Positions 35,965 through 46,321 of a DNA stretch of 64,000 bases are shown piece after piece. This DNA comes from a virus. Where the stretch lies: IMG/VR virus record IMGVR_UViG_3300045988_175974. One strand, 5' to 3'. Numbering within the stretch: position 1 is the stretch's first letter; every line of letters starts with the position of its first letter. The translations under genes and the position numbers were made by a program. A model generated the notes under the pieces. The model saw nothing but the letters and a program-made list of their open reading frames with translations. It did no database searches and had not been told where the DNA came from.

Positions 35965-37014
35965 CTAGAGGTAGGGACTTCCGTTGATGTCGAGCTTGGC
36001 TGTGAAGGAAACAGAGTACATATTCTGCGTGGTATTATCGCTGATCGTTATCTCGTCCTCCTGGGTGATGGTGCAGGAGAGCCAGGTATCTTTTACCTTC
36101 AGCCAGACGTGCTCACTCATCAGAAACTCGTGAAGGTACCAGTAGAGCCAGGCGGTATCGAGGGGGTCGCTCTGATAAAGCCACGACTCACGGTTATTCT
36201 GCTTCTTGATAGCGGACCGGGAGAAGGTATTGAAGGTTTCCTGCACGGCTATTGTATAAGGGGTGGTTTCTACCGAAAGCTTCTTGCTGTAGGCTTTCGG
36301 GATATTGATGCTCTCCAGGCAGCCACGGGCATTGATGAAGCGGAAGGTACTGCGGGTTTCGGCTTCCGAGGATGGCAGAGCATAGAGGGCGTGACCGCCA
36401 ATAGTCTGCGAGCCTTCCTTTGTGATTTTCTGTTCGGAAGAGGTAGGAGCGGTGAGTGCGGTGCTGGATGCCAATATCTGTGAAGAGACATAGGAGACTG
36501 GGTAGGAGAAGGATTCGCCTACAACGGTGACTTCGGGGATAGAAGTTGGCTTTCGGGAGAAGTCTTTTACTGCTGGGGATGGATTGGATAGAATGCGCTC
36601 CATATCCGACATGGCTCCTGCTATGCAGCGAAGGTCAGTATCGGTACCTGCGACAGGCTTCTGGGGATAATAGACCTCGCCTACACCGGTATGCACTTCG
36701 CCGTTTTTGTTCATATACTCATCGTAGGCTTTTATGTACCATCTTACGAGCGGGAAGGTTTTTGTGGTGGCGGTGTACGGGAAATTGTCGAGAGGGATGC
36801 GGAGTGCAGAGGAGACATCCAGGGCTACGTTATTGCCTTCGGTGGTGACGGGTACCGTGAGCTTCACGGTTTCGTAGCTTCCTCCGTTATCAAAGTTTAC
36901 TTCTATGATGACACGGTGGAAGGAGGGGCTATCCAGCGTTTCGGGCTGGATGGTGAAGGTGATGGGGTTTCCGGCAAAAATGGAACCCGATGTGAGATTA
37001 ATTTTCTTTGCCAT
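35965..37014 (-). CDS. Hypothetical virion-module protein (349 aa), translationally coupled to the ACP gene.
   Basis: Its start lies 1 nt after the ACP stop. The sequence looks beta-rich and structural. Confidence 0.6.
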   Translation of the reverse strand: MAKKINLTSGSIFAGNPITFTIQPETLDSPSFHRVIIEVNFDNGGSYETVKLTVPVTTEGNNVALDVSSALRIPLDNFPYTATTKTFPLVRWYIKAYDEYMNKNGEVHTGVGEVYYPQKPVAGTDTDLRCIAGAMSDMERILSNPSPAVKDFSRKPTSIPEVTVVGESFSYPVSYVSSQILASSTALTAPTSSEQKITKEGSQTIGGHALYALPSSEAETRSTFRFINARGCLESINIPKAYSKKLSVETTPYTIAVQETFNTFSRSAIKKQNNRESWLYQSDPLDTAWLYWYLHEFLMSEHVWLKVKDTWLSCTITQEDEITISDNTTQNMYSVSFTAKLDINGSPYL

Positions 37015-37015
37015 A

Positions 37016-37261
37016 TTATTCTTTCTTTTTAATTACGAGATTGGCTATATCCGAAACAAGCTTGCAATCTTTCGCCTCTTCGGGGGTAATCTTGATGTGG
37101 AACATCATTTCTACCTGCTGAATGAGATCGAGGAAATCGATGGATTCTAGCTGAACCTCATCACGAAGATTGGAAGAGGGAGTTACCTCGTGGTTGACCC
37201 ATGAGGTTTTCAGTCTGTTTACGATGGCGATAATGCGAGGAGTTATTTCTTCTTTTTTCAT
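37016..37261 (-). CDS. Acyl carrier protein-like (81 aa).
   Basis: The segment LRDEVQLESIDFLDLIQQVEMMFHIKITPEEA matches the ACP helix II region, with Ser in an (D/E)S(L/I)D context. Confidence 0.7.
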   Translation of the reverse strand: MKKEEITPRIIAIVNRLKTSWVNHEVTPSSNLRDEVQLESIDFLDLIQQVEMMFHIKITPEEAKDCKLVSDIANLVIKKKE

Positions 37262-37263
37262 AA

Positions 37264-38466
37264 CTATGCTTTTGAGATGATAAAGGATGAATTGGTACCG
37301 CCAAAACCGAAGGCGTTACAGAGAATATGGTGAGGTGCATAGAGCTTCGGGCGCATCACCAGATTGAGGGATGGGAAGGCATTCTCCTCGGTCGTTACCG
37401 CGCCAAAGAGACTGCCGTAGGTGAGCATCATCACGGCTTGCACGGCTTGCGATACGCCTGCCATCCAACACTCATGACCGGTTAAGCCTTTCGTGGCTAC
37501 TACGTTCGGACAGATAGGAAAAATCCTTGTGATGGCGTTGGCTTCGGCTTCATCTCCCATTGGGGTACCGGTGGCGTGAGCGAGAACGACATCTATCATA
37601 CCTTCGTCCAATCCTGCGTTCTCAATGGCGTGAAGCATGGATACTTCCTCCTGATAGGTATCGGGGGTAGTGATGGCTTTTCCATTAGACGAGAAACCAT
37701 AGCCGGAAAGAGAAGCGAAGGAATGCACTTTCTCTTCTTTCAGACGAAAGCTATCCGATGGTTCGAGGATGATACAGGCTGCGCCACCTGATGGTGCCAA
37801 TCCGTTTCTACCTTTGCCAAACGGCTGCACCTTATCGGGTGAGAAGACACCGAGGGCATCGAATGCTTCCATGCAGTATTGAGATCCGCATTCCTGCGCG
37901 CCAATCACGATTACCATTTCCGTCTGCTTGCTATTGAGAAGCATCTTGGCAAGACCAATAGCGTGACCTCCTCCGGCACATGCTGCGCTTACGGTAAGCG
38001 ATAAGCCGTGGATATGAAGGATAGATGCCAGGTTCATACTGATAGTGGAGTTGAGCGAACGGAACAATGTTTCTACAGACAATGTTCTGTTATGTACTCC
38101 ATAGCCTATATGATTCACCACCGACCGACTTTCGTAGCATTCAGAATCATTACTTACGATAATAGACACGTTGTGATTTTCAAGAAAATCCTTACTAATT
38201 TTTGCTTCTTTTAAAGCTTCAAATACTGCATCGAGTACATAAAAGCCATGAAGGGGCAGGCATGCTCTCTGCGCACGAGTGAGAATTTCGTTATATTCTT
38301 CTACCCAAACAGGCACATTGCCGCATAAATCGGAATTGTATTTATCGCGGCATTCGTCGTGATGCAATCCGCATTTACCCTTATAAAGGTTCATGGCTAC
38401 TTCTCTGGTACTTCTGCCTAGGGCAGAATGAATACCTGTTCCGGTAATTAATATCTTTTTATCCAT
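37264..38466 (-). CDS. Beta-ketoacyl-ACP synthase, KAS I/II (FabB/FabF-like) type, 400 aa.
   Basis: ITGTGIHSALG; active-site Cys in SAACAGGGHAIG; His motifs HATGTPMGDEAE and KGLTGHECWMAG; C-terminal NAFGFGGTNSSFII. Confidence 0.85.
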   Translation of the reverse strand: MDKKILITGTGIHSALGRSTREVAMNLYKGKCGLHHDECRDKYNSDLCGNVPVWVEEYNEILTRAQRACLPLHGFYVLDAVFEALKEAKISKDFLENHNVSIIVSNDSECYESRSVVNHIGYGVHNRTLSVETLFRSLNSTISMNLASILHIHGLSLTVSAACAGGGHAIGLAKMLLNSKQTEMVIVIGAQECGSQYCMEAFDALGVFSPDKVQPFGKGRNGLAPSGGAACIILEPSDSFRLKEEKVHSFASLSGYGFSSNGKAITTPDTYQEEVSMLHAIENAGLDEGMIDVVLAHATGTPMGDEAEANAITRIFPICPNVVATKGLTGHECWMAGVSQAVQAVMMLTYGSLFGAVTTEENAFPSLNLVMRPKLYAPHHILCNAFGFGGTNSSFIISKA

Positions 38467-38509
38467 TTTATTATTCTTTTTATGTTATAAAACATATTTT
38501 TTTTATCTG

Positions 38510-38598
38510 AAAGCTTTTGCCCTTACAGGGCGACATAAACCACATTCCATATACCCAGGGTGTTGCCCTGGGCTAGGAGCTTCTGCCTTTACAGGGCG
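38510..38598 (-). repeat. Family A repeat, copy A4. Its last hairpin overlaps the final codons and stop of the 949-aa gene.
   Basis: AAAGCTTTTGCCCTTACAGGGCG...TACCCAGGGTGTTGCCCTGGGCTAGGAGCTTCTGCCTTTACAGGGCG. Confidence 0.85.
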
Positions 38599-41438
38599 TA
38601 CACAGTTAACTCTACTTCGCCCATACCCGTCTTGGCATCAATGGTGGTATTCACCTTGTCAATGAGGCATTTCATACCGCCTATGTTCCACCAATCCTGC
38701 CAGTGATTCGGTATATCGGCAACTTGTGCTACGGTGGTGGTGCATCTTACCATGAACTTCTTTCTGTTCAGAAGGAAGTAGGCGTAGGGAAGAATGAAGG
38801 TGTCAAAGAGGCCGCGAGAGCGGATTTTAGTCACTACCTTGCCGTTCTCATCTACTTCATCGGCATTGCAGAGTACCAAATCCTTATACTTCGGATCTTT
38901 TAGCCACGATGGTTCCTTGAAGGCTCGTATCTTCAGAGAAAAACGCTCACCATCACCTACACCTTCCTGCACACCGTTATAATCAAACACGTTGCCCATC
39001 ATATCCAGCGAGTCGCAAGCTAGGGCATACTTACCCGATACGGTGCGCCATTTGGAGGTTCCGAAATGATCGTAGTTGTAATCGTAAGACTGTCGGGTAG
39101 CATCGCTACCACCGCCACGCATCAATGCAACCGCAAAGCCCCATCGTGAATCATCCTGCAACGGAGAATTGCCATCATCGGTATCCGACGGGTCGTAGCT
39201 TTCTACAAGCGATAGGGTTTGCTGCATATAAAAATCGCAGAAAGCAGTGGAAATAGTCTGATTGATAATCTGCTCAACAAACTCATGCTCCATATCCTCA
39301 TCTACATAAGCGCAGAGAATAGGCTGACTATCGGCAATGGTTACACCATATTTCTTGCCGTTATAGGAGTCGATTGCCTCGTGAGAGCCATAGGCAGCCT
39401 CTATCTCTTTGAAATAATTGACATCATTAAACGGAACAGGAGTAAAATCTACCGAAATATCGTGAACGAAATCTTCGTTTTCATCACTGCAATCTCCATA
39501 TTCCACACCCTTGAACTGGCCTACCTCAAAGAGTACCGGTTTCAAGTCGGCTGTCGTGGTTGCATCACTATTCACCTTTACGCGATAAGCGTTGCCAGTC
39601 TTGCGGTCGATATAGCAGTGCTTATCTCCACTACTCAGATTATGGAAGAAATCGATGTAGTCGAGATTATAGACGGTGGAGTTATCGCCACTATCAGGCG
39701 CAGGGTAATCGATGTAATCGTAATCGGTAGAATAACCCATATTCTTGTTTTTGCGGCTATCGAGCACATTCTGCCGCTGATCTTTTGCGTCGCTCTCTGC
39801 CGAATAGCGCATACGTACACCGGTAATCTTTTCGGTCATCGGGACCATGGAGTGGATATTGGCATGGAAAGTTCTCGCCTCGTTGCCGCTCTTGCGTAAC
39901 ACATCACGGGTAAGGTAAGCTGTTACCTTCTTCTGTTCGTAATCATACGAAAACTTGATACCAAAGGCGCTTTCAAGTGAAGAGATAACGGAACTTACGC
40001 TCTCATCAGGGAAATTGCCGCTGTTGGCTACCATATTGAGTACGTTTGCCTGCACCTTGAACTTGCTGATTTTTGCCTCGATGCTGATACCAGTGACCTT
40101 GCCGCCATCATCACGAACCTCGCCAACCTGTATATGCTCGGTGGTGCCTTCGGGTGTGTGGAGTGTTAATTCCTGCACGTCCTTATTCTCTGCCTTCACG
40201 ATGTTTATCTTTCCGCCGCAACCACGGCTTTCCAGCCATGAATTGATATGCTCCTGACTTTGAAAATAACCCGTCTTGATTTCGCCAGCTTTCTTCTTCT
40301 TGGCGATGACTTCGGCATCGTCTTTTCGATAATAAGTGCCATGGTGAGTGTGAAGACCAGGTTGTTTTGCACCCGTAGGGTCTTCCTCGTCGTACTGGTA
40401 GCTGACAGTATCGTAACTGCATACGGTCGTGAAGAAGCAGAGATGCTTCAAATCCTCTATCTCCATCAATGCCTTCTTGTCGAAAGTTACGCCCAGATAG
40501 GCAAAAAGGCAATCGAGGAAATAGAGCACATAGAAGCAGATACCCGACTGCGGACGTTTTGCATCCAATACCCAGTAAGGATAAAGGTCTTCGTTCGTCC
40601 AGGTGCAATCTTTTATGCTGATTACATCACTTGCGGTCTTTCCGTCATCATCTAACCCGTGATGCTTATAGCAGATACGAGCGTTACAATAGGTAGCGGC
40701 TCTGCCTGCACCATCTGTTTCACCATAAGCTGCTGCGGTATTGATATAATTGCCATTGCTGGCAATGACTGGCTCATTTACCTTGTGATTCTGAGGATAA
40801 GAACGCTCTGAAAGCTTCCGTGCATCACCCATATAATGCTGGGTAGATGTAGAAGTGTATTCATTGCAGCTTGCAGGGTAGGAAAAACCTAAGGCTTGCG
40901 GTTCCAAGACCTTGCTTACGCTTACATGGTCTGCCCTAATTTCGTGGTTTTCCGTATGATCATGCTTATGCTTGCCTCCAGTAACAAATACATCTACCTT
41001 TACTACCGGATCACTTTCAATATCCACCCTTACGTTTCCTATCTTCTCGCCGATGATAATCTGGTCCTTCACCGGAATATCTCGGCACTGCAGGTCGCTG
41101 ATAAGCTCGCTGAAACTCTGCGTGCTGGCATCGATATTCATGCTGAGTGAATTGGTTATTTCCTCACCATCCTGCATAACCAGGGTACCGCTGCGGAAAG
41201 GCAGTCCGTCGGCATTGATACGAGTAGGCAGGTGCTCCATGTTGACGGCTCTTACCGCCGCATGCACGTCCTCAATGTTCTTTACCAGCCAACGGTTGCC
41301 GTCTAGCGGAATGGAAAATGGATAGGAGAACATTTCCGTATCGTTGAATACCGGATTCTGATCCTCTATATCTATAGAGAAATCATCGGGCAGAGCCACC
41401 GGCTTATCTTTGATTAATATAGAGAGATGCGAGTTCAT
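38589..41438 (-). CDS. Large virion protein (949 aa), function unknown (baseplate or tail-hub-like by position).
   Basis: Long ORF in the structural module. It overlaps the upstream gene by 4 nt. Confidence 0.65.
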   Translation of the reverse strand: MNSHLSILIKDKPVALPDDFSIDIEDQNPVFNDTEMFSYPFSIPLDGNRWLVKNIEDVHAAVRAVNMEHLPTRINADGLPFRSGTLVMQDGEEITNSLSMNIDASTQSFSELISDLQCRDIPVKDQIIIGEKIGNVRVDIESDPVVKVDVFVTGGKHKHDHTENHEIRADHVSVSKVLEPQALGFSYPASCNEYTSTSTQHYMGDARKLSERSYPQNHKVNEPVIASNGNYINTAAAYGETDGAGRAATYCNARICYKHHGLDDDGKTASDVISIKDCTWTNEDLYPYWVLDAKRPQSGICFYVLYFLDCLFAYLGVTFDKKALMEIEDLKHLCFFTTVCSYDTVSYQYDEEDPTGAKQPGLHTHHGTYYRKDDAEVIAKKKKAGEIKTGYFQSQEHINSWLESRGCGGKINIVKAENKDVQELTLHTPEGTTEHIQVGEVRDDGGKVTGISIEAKISKFKVQANVLNMVANSGNFPDESVSSVISSLESAFGIKFSYDYEQKKVTAYLTRDVLRKSGNEARTFHANIHSMVPMTEKITGVRMRYSAESDAKDQRQNVLDSRKNKNMGYSTDYDYIDYPAPDSGDNSTVYNLDYIDFFHNLSSGDKHCYIDRKTGNAYRVKVNSDATTTADLKPVLFEVGQFKGVEYGDCSDENEDFVHDISVDFTPVPFNDVNYFKEIEAAYGSHEAIDSYNGKKYGVTIADSQPILCAYVDEDMEHEFVEQIINQTISTAFCDFYMQQTLSLVESYDPSDTDDGNSPLQDDSRWGFAVALMRGGGSDATRQSYDYNYDHFGTSKWRTVSGKYALACDSLDMMGNVFDYNGVQEGVGDGERFSLKIRAFKEPSWLKDPKYKDLVLCNADEVDENGKVVTKIRSRGLFDTFILPYAYFLLNRKKFMVRCTTTVAQVADIPNHWQDWWNIGGMKCLIDKVNTTIDAKTGMGEVELTVYAL

Positions 41439-42088
41439 TTTCTGATTTCTATTTTTGCGTTATCGTATAAGTCTATGAGGCGATGGGTAAAGGTGTCGAT
41501 GAGCGCCGTACCAAAGGCATTGATTTTTTGGTGCCCATAGTCGTGAAGGGTGCCATCGGTAATGAAGACTACACTCTGGTCGTAGCTCTCTGCCTCGTTG
41601 CAAGTTACCATGTGGGCATAGTTTCGGGCGATGCCGTAACCTGCCTTGATGGTTGCCTTGCTGCCATTCAACAACTCTATCTTGCAGCCTTCATTCATTA
41701 CGAGGGCGGTAGCGGCATTATGGAGGATGACGTGCGCCTTACCAAGGACGTATATCTTTCGGGAAGAGTAGAGGTGGATTTCCTCGTCGGTATCACCCAC
41801 AAGGACGGTACCTGTAGGCGAGTCTTCATTATAGAAGATTCCACCCAGGTTAATATCTGCCTTAAACTCCGGATATACTGCCCTGAAAGCATCGATTACC
41901 TGCTGCGGTACCTCGGTGATTAAGCCGTGCCAATATTTGCGCCATGCCTCGCACATCTCGGGAATGCTCTGCGTGCTCTTGAAAGCATGCTGGGATTCCT
42001 GGCAGTTGCCACTCTGGGCAAGGATATGGACGCAAAGGGTCTTGAAACGCTGCGTGCGCTGTTCGGGGGTTTCTTTATTCTTTGTCAT
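41435..42088 (-). CDS. Hypothetical virion-module protein (217 aa).
   Basis: ORF with a 4-nt overlap with the 949-aa gene. Confidence 0.55.
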   Translation of the reverse strand: MTKNKETPEQRTQRFKTLCVHILAQSGNCQESQHAFKSTQSIPEMCEAWRKYWHGLITEVPQQVIDAFRAVYPEFKADINLGGIFYNEDSPTGTVLVGDTDEEIHLYSSRKIYVLGKAHVILHNAATALVMNEGCKIELLNGSKATIKAGYGIARNYAHMVTCNEAESYDQSVVFITDGTLHDYGHQKINAFGTALIDTFTHRLIDLYDNAKIEIRK

Positions 42089-42092
42089 TTTT

Positions 42093-43208
42093 TTATGCTT
42101 CGGCTTCCTCTTTGGCTTCTTCTATAGTTTTTGTGAGAATAGCTTCATAGCCAGCAAGCTCCTCTTCGGTCACGATGTCAGAGTAATCCTGGCGAAGTTG
42201 GTCTATGCGCTCCTTGATGCCTTTCACTCTCGTCTGGGTAGATAGCTTATCCTTGCGAAGGATATACTTGATGCGGGCATCGGCTTCAGCCTTGTGCTTG
42301 GCGGCTGCATCACGGGCTGCTTTTACTTCCGGACGGTCGTTGGCAATCTTCTCGGCTACCTGCTCGGCAAAACGAGGGTCACGAGACAGCGCCTTCTCAA
42401 AGAATGGCTTAAACTGGGTGCGGAGAGTCTGAGGGTCGATGGTGAAGGCCTTCTTTGCGTAAGCGATGTATTCAGGGTCTCCAGTCTTCTCGCTCAGTCT
42501 CAGATAGCATTCGCCCATCTCTCTATCTACAGCCTTAAAGATTTCCGGAAGAATATCGCTTTCGATTTCTACGGCTCTTGTGGCTAGTTCGGCAATCTCA
42601 GCCTCGGTATAGATGGCGCTTTTACCCTGCGAGATAGCTTTCTCGTTGGCTTCTGCCATGGTCTTCGCATGCTCTGCCTTGCTTGCCATTTCACTACGGA
42701 GGTCACGCACGGTGTTCACCTGCTCCTGAAGGGCAGTAGAGAGGAACGGACGCAACTGCATCAGGTTGGGCATGGTAGCAGCGATACTTTCGCCGTTAGG
42801 GTTGGCTACGATACCATTATAGGTAAGCGGCTGTACGGTGGTGTCCGGTTTCAGATTAGGGAAGAGAGACTGCTTCGCCTCTTCCATGGCTTTCTTTTTC
42901 TGAAGTTCGGCATAGGCTTCCTGTTCCTGTTTGGTTGGGCGACCTACACGTCGCTTGTCGGCAGCAGATGATGATGCAGCGTTGGCTTGAGAGCTGCTGT
43001 AGCTATTCAGATAGGCGATCATCTGTCGGGTACGGCGATGATAGTCTTTAAACTTACGTGAGTTCTCGATAAACGAGTGTGCATTACTTGCACCTTCCAG
43101 GAGAGACAATCCCTGCTCATAGGCATCTTTCTGCTCCTGGGTAAGCATTCTTGCACCGATGGCAGGTTTCAAAATGTTGATGATTTCCTGTAATGATAAA
43201 TTTTCCAT
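42093..43208 (-). CDS. Coiled-coil-rich protein (371 aa).
   Basis: The sequence is rich in A/E/K/Q helical segments throughout. Confidence 0.55.
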   Translation of the reverse strand: MENLSLQEIINILKPAIGARMLTQEQKDAYEQGLSLLEGASNAHSFIENSRKFKDYHRRTRQMIAYLNSYSSSQANAASSSAADKRRVGRPTKQEQEAYAELQKKKAMEEAKQSLFPNLKPDTTVQPLTYNGIVANPNGESIAATMPNLMQLRPFLSTALQEQVNTVRDLRSEMASKAEHAKTMAEANEKAISQGKSAIYTEAEIAELATRAVEIESDILPEIFKAVDREMGECYLRLSEKTGDPEYIAYAKKAFTIDPQTLRTQFKPFFEKALSRDPRFAEQVAEKIANDRPEVKAARDAAAKHKAEADARIKYILRKDKLSTQTRVKGIKERIDQLRQDYSDIVTEEELAGYEAILTKTIEEAKEEAEA

Positions 43209-43250
43209 AAATCCTTATTTTTGTTGTTTATTTGAAAATTACGAATATTT

Positions 43251-44411
43251 TTAGCACAGAATAGGGGTTACGAAGATACGAGAACCTTTTTGGTTGTTGT
43301 CGTAGCCTTCGCTGCCGCCCTTGTCATTCGATGATGAAGCACTGGAGGCGTTACTCGTCGATGAGGAGGAGCCGCCTTCTGTGGCGCTATCAGCTTTGGC
43401 TGCATCGAGTTTCGCTTGCGCTTCGGCTTCCTCTTTCTTCAGCAACCGATGAATGCTTTCCCTTACGGTAATGGCATCATTGTGCGCGGTGGAGCGGGTA
43501 AGCTTATCGAAACTGATAACTGATGTACGCTCCTTGAGATAGGCAGCTACAAGTTGACGTGCCTTCTTCAGCATCTTGTCGTTCTCGTCGGCCTGCAAGA
43601 GACGAGGAATAAAATCTTCGCCAAACGCTTCTTCCAGATATTCGCTCTGAATAAAAAGCATATCAGGGATGAGACGGACGAACTTATCTCTGTTGCCGTA
43701 AATATCGAGATACGGCTGTAAAGACTCGCAAGTAGGGAAAAGCAAATCACGATGGTAGTAGTAGTACTTACTTTCCTGCCAGAGGGTTACGATTTTCTCT
43801 ATCGCCTCATGCTGCTTCTTCTCGGCTTCGGCTGCATCATCTTTGCCGCTATCTGTTCCTTCATCTGTTCCTTCGGATGAGGAACCTTGGTTGCTGCCAT
43901 CTGAAGGAGTACTGCCCTCTGCACCATCGCCCGCTGCCCCGATAGGCATAGGTGTATTCACTTCCTTTGCCCATCCCTCCAAGAGGGAAAGCAGGTTATT
44001 GAGCGAGGTCATTGCCGACTGGCGGTAGCTTTCCTTGCCCTGCGCTATCTGCTTGTCGGTAGCTACGGCATAGTCGTTGCTGGAGGCTACGTTGATACCG
44101 GAGCCATTGACAGAGAGCGCTTGCTTCTCGATGTTCTGCGCCATCGCATCATTTACAATCATGCGCTGGGCATAAAGCAGAAGCTCATTCCAGGGGTCGT
44201 TGACGTAGGTACCATCAGCAACCGCATCGCAGAAGATTAAGGGTTCTATGCTCGCATACTGCTTGCAGAGACGGTCGTATAGGGATGCTCCCAGGCGAGG
44301 CTTCAAGAAGTCCTTTTCGCTATTGTCGAGCATACCCTGCAGGTTGGCTACCTCGTCCACGGCATTGCTGGGGAGGTGGAGCCTGAGTTCTTGATTCGTG
44401 AAGAGTATCAT
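43251..44411 (-). CDS. Hypothetical virion-module protein (386 aa) with a central G/S/D/E-rich linker.
   Basis: ORF directly downstream of the portal-like gene. Confidence 0.55.
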   Translation of the reverse strand: MILFTNQELRLHLPSNAVDEVANLQGMLDNSEKDFLKPRLGASLYDRLCKQYASIEPLIFCDAVADGTYVNDPWNELLLYAQRMIVNDAMAQNIEKQALSVNGSGINVASSNDYAVATDKQIAQGKESYRQSAMTSLNNLLSLLEGWAKEVNTPMPIGAAGDGAEGSTPSDGSNQGSSSEGTDEGTDSGKDDAAEAEKKQHEAIEKIVTLWQESKYYYYHRDLLFPTCESLQPYLDIYGNRDKFVRLIPDMLFIQSEYLEEAFGEDFIPRLLQADENDKMLKKARQLVAAYLKERTSVISFDKLTRSTAHNDAITVRESIHRLLKKEEAEAQAKLDAAKADSATEGGSSSSTSNASSASSSNDKGGSEGYDNNQKGSRIFVTPILC

Positions 44412-44441
44412 TTTTTTTGCTTTTACGTTATTATATATGGG

Positions 44442-44462
44442 CCCAGCGATAGAATCGCTGGG
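44442..44462 (-). repeat. Family B hairpin, copy B1 (CCCAGCGAT-AGA-ATCGCTGGG).
   Basis: Located 13 nt downstream of the portal-like gene stop. Confidence 0.85.
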
Positions 44463-44474
44463 AACGGGGGCGGG

Positions 44475-46178
44475 TTAAGAGGCTTCTTGTTTCGCCACTC
44501 CGGTCTTCGAGTTATCGAGGGTGGTTAATACCTCTCGGTCTATCTGCCACACCAGGTGCTCGTCCCAATCGTTGAATCGGCTCAAAACTTCCAATGGGCG
44601 TATCATCAACTGCTGCAATGGGGCAAACTGAATCTGTTTTACCAGGAAACGTTCTCTCAGGTCGGTACCGCCCGATGATGCCGTATCGCCAGGAGTATTA
44701 CCGATGAGCTTTGCATCAAGACCCATGGCAAAGAAAATAATACTACTTATTTCCTGCAACTCGGTTTTGTCGGCATTCGCCTGATCATTTGCCTTGGTTT
44801 CGATTTCCACGATTTCCCAAGCTTTGTGCTCTTTCCCATCGCTGCCCGTGAAGGCAGAGGAAATGAGCGCCTGACCTGCATTATCGGGATTGGCGAGCCA
44901 TGTATTGATAGAGGTGAAGATTTCGTTCTGAATCTCACCATGGGTTTTCTTTTTCTTCTCACCCTGCTGCTGATAGAGCCTGCTAATATAGTCCTGGTGG
45001 ATATAGATGACACGACCGATGATGTTGCTGTTGCGCTTCCGGGTGAGGCGATCATCTACGATGGTGAAGGCATACTCAAAAATGCTGCCGGCAAAGATGG
45101 AGTGCCAAAGGGCATCGGCATAGTATGGACCGCCGAAATCTCTTGGTGACATGATGAAGCGGGTAGGGCGTTTCTTGCGGCTTACCTGCTTCTGACGTGC
45201 CTCACGGATATTGCGCTGCAAATCCTTTACGGCTGATGTGGTAGGGAGATAAGGGATAGCCGCTATCTTGCGGTCTTCCTCTTTCTGCACGCCGACGTAT
45301 TGGGTAGGGTCGAGCCACTGATTGCTGACGTAGGCATAGTTGATGCGGTAGTTCTCGTCCATGCGCTCCAGTCGGGTAGTGAAGATGCTGCGATGCTTCA
45401 GACCGATTACCTTCGGGGTCCATTGGGCAGTAGGAACAGCTTTGCCGCTTTCGTCGAGGGAACGCTGATTGAGCTGAAGTTCTACAAAGCATTGTGACAT
45501 CAAAGCCATATCTCCTGCCAAATCGAGGAAGGTCTGCATCAGGTCGTTGTTTTCGATGAAATCGCGAACCTGGGCATTGGTTTCTTCCCATTTGTGGAGG
45601 GCTTCTTTCAGAGATTTCATCTCCTCGCTTTCCTCTTCCTTGGCTTTCAGGTCAGCTATCTGACCACGGAGCAGGACTCCTGCACTCTCGTAGGGGATAT
45701 ATTTCTCTGTGATGTTGCCGCCAACGTACTGGGTGTAATGATACTTGGCTGCGGGACCGCGACCTACCAGTATTTTCTTGATGTAATCTACTCCTGCTGC
45801 TGTGAAAGGCGACATGCGCGAGAGCATCCAGATAAGGTTTGGCAGTCGGTTGGCCATACCCCATTCCATAAAGCCTAAGCCTTCGGTACCTACGCCTTTT
45901 GGTTTGCCCAGGTTCTCGCCGCCACTTGATGCAAAGATAGTGGAAACCTGCTGCCGTGCTGCGGAACCGCCTGCGTCGCCACCACTTGCCGACATACCGG
46001 CTGTGGTTAGGAGCATGCCGTGAACGTAGTCGTTCCAGGAAAAGACTTTACCGCCGCCATTTTTAAGCGGCGTAAAGGCATCCGGGCGAACGGCTACATA
46101 GCCTGCATCTTTCAGTTCCTCACTACGATTTTGGAGCTGCTGCAGGTTGGTTACTCTGTTTTTGTTTTTGCTTGCCAT
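44475..46178 (-). CDS. Portal-like protein (567 aa).
   Basis: The call rests on size, position at the head of the structural operon and general portal-like sequence character. No diagnostic motif was verified. Confidence 0.5.
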   Translation of the reverse strand: MASKNKNRVTNLQQLQNRSEELKDAGYVAVRPDAFTPLKNGGGKVFSWNDYVHGMLLTTAGMSASGGDAGGSAARQQVSTIFASSGGENLGKPKGVGTEGLGFMEWGMANRLPNLIWMLSRMSPFTAAGVDYIKKILVGRGPAAKYHYTQYVGGNITEKYIPYESAGVLLRGQIADLKAKEEESEEMKSLKEALHKWEETNAQVRDFIENNDLMQTFLDLAGDMALMSQCFVELQLNQRSLDESGKAVPTAQWTPKVIGLKHRSIFTTRLERMDENYRINYAYVSNQWLDPTQYVGVQKEEDRKIAAIPYLPTTSAVKDLQRNIREARQKQVSRKKRPTRFIMSPRDFGGPYYADALWHSIFAGSIFEYAFTIVDDRLTRKRNSNIIGRVIYIHQDYISRLYQQQGEKKKKTHGEIQNEIFTSINTWLANPDNAGQALISSAFTGSDGKEHKAWEIVEIETKANDQANADKTELQEISSIIFFAMGLDAKLIGNTPGDTASSGGTDLRERFLVKQIQFAPLQQLMIRPLEVLSRFNDWDEHLVWQIDREVLTTLDNSKTGVAKQEAS

Positions 46179-46272
46179 TTTTGCGTTTCTTTTTATATGT
46201 TATCCTGAATGTGATTGAAAGAGAGAATGGTGGCGATATACGCACACCCGCTTTTTCTCTTGTTTCTGAGTG

Positions 46273-46309
46273 TAAAGTTAGGGCTTTTTATGGTTTTAGT
46301 GGGGACAAA
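46273..46309 (-). promoter_or_regulatory. Promoter: TTTGTCCCC, N20 spacer, TAACTTTA.
   Basis: Plus strand shows TAAAGTTA at 46273-46280 and GGGGACAAA at 46301-46309. Confidence 0.45.
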
Positions 46310-46321
46310 GAGGGGATGGGA

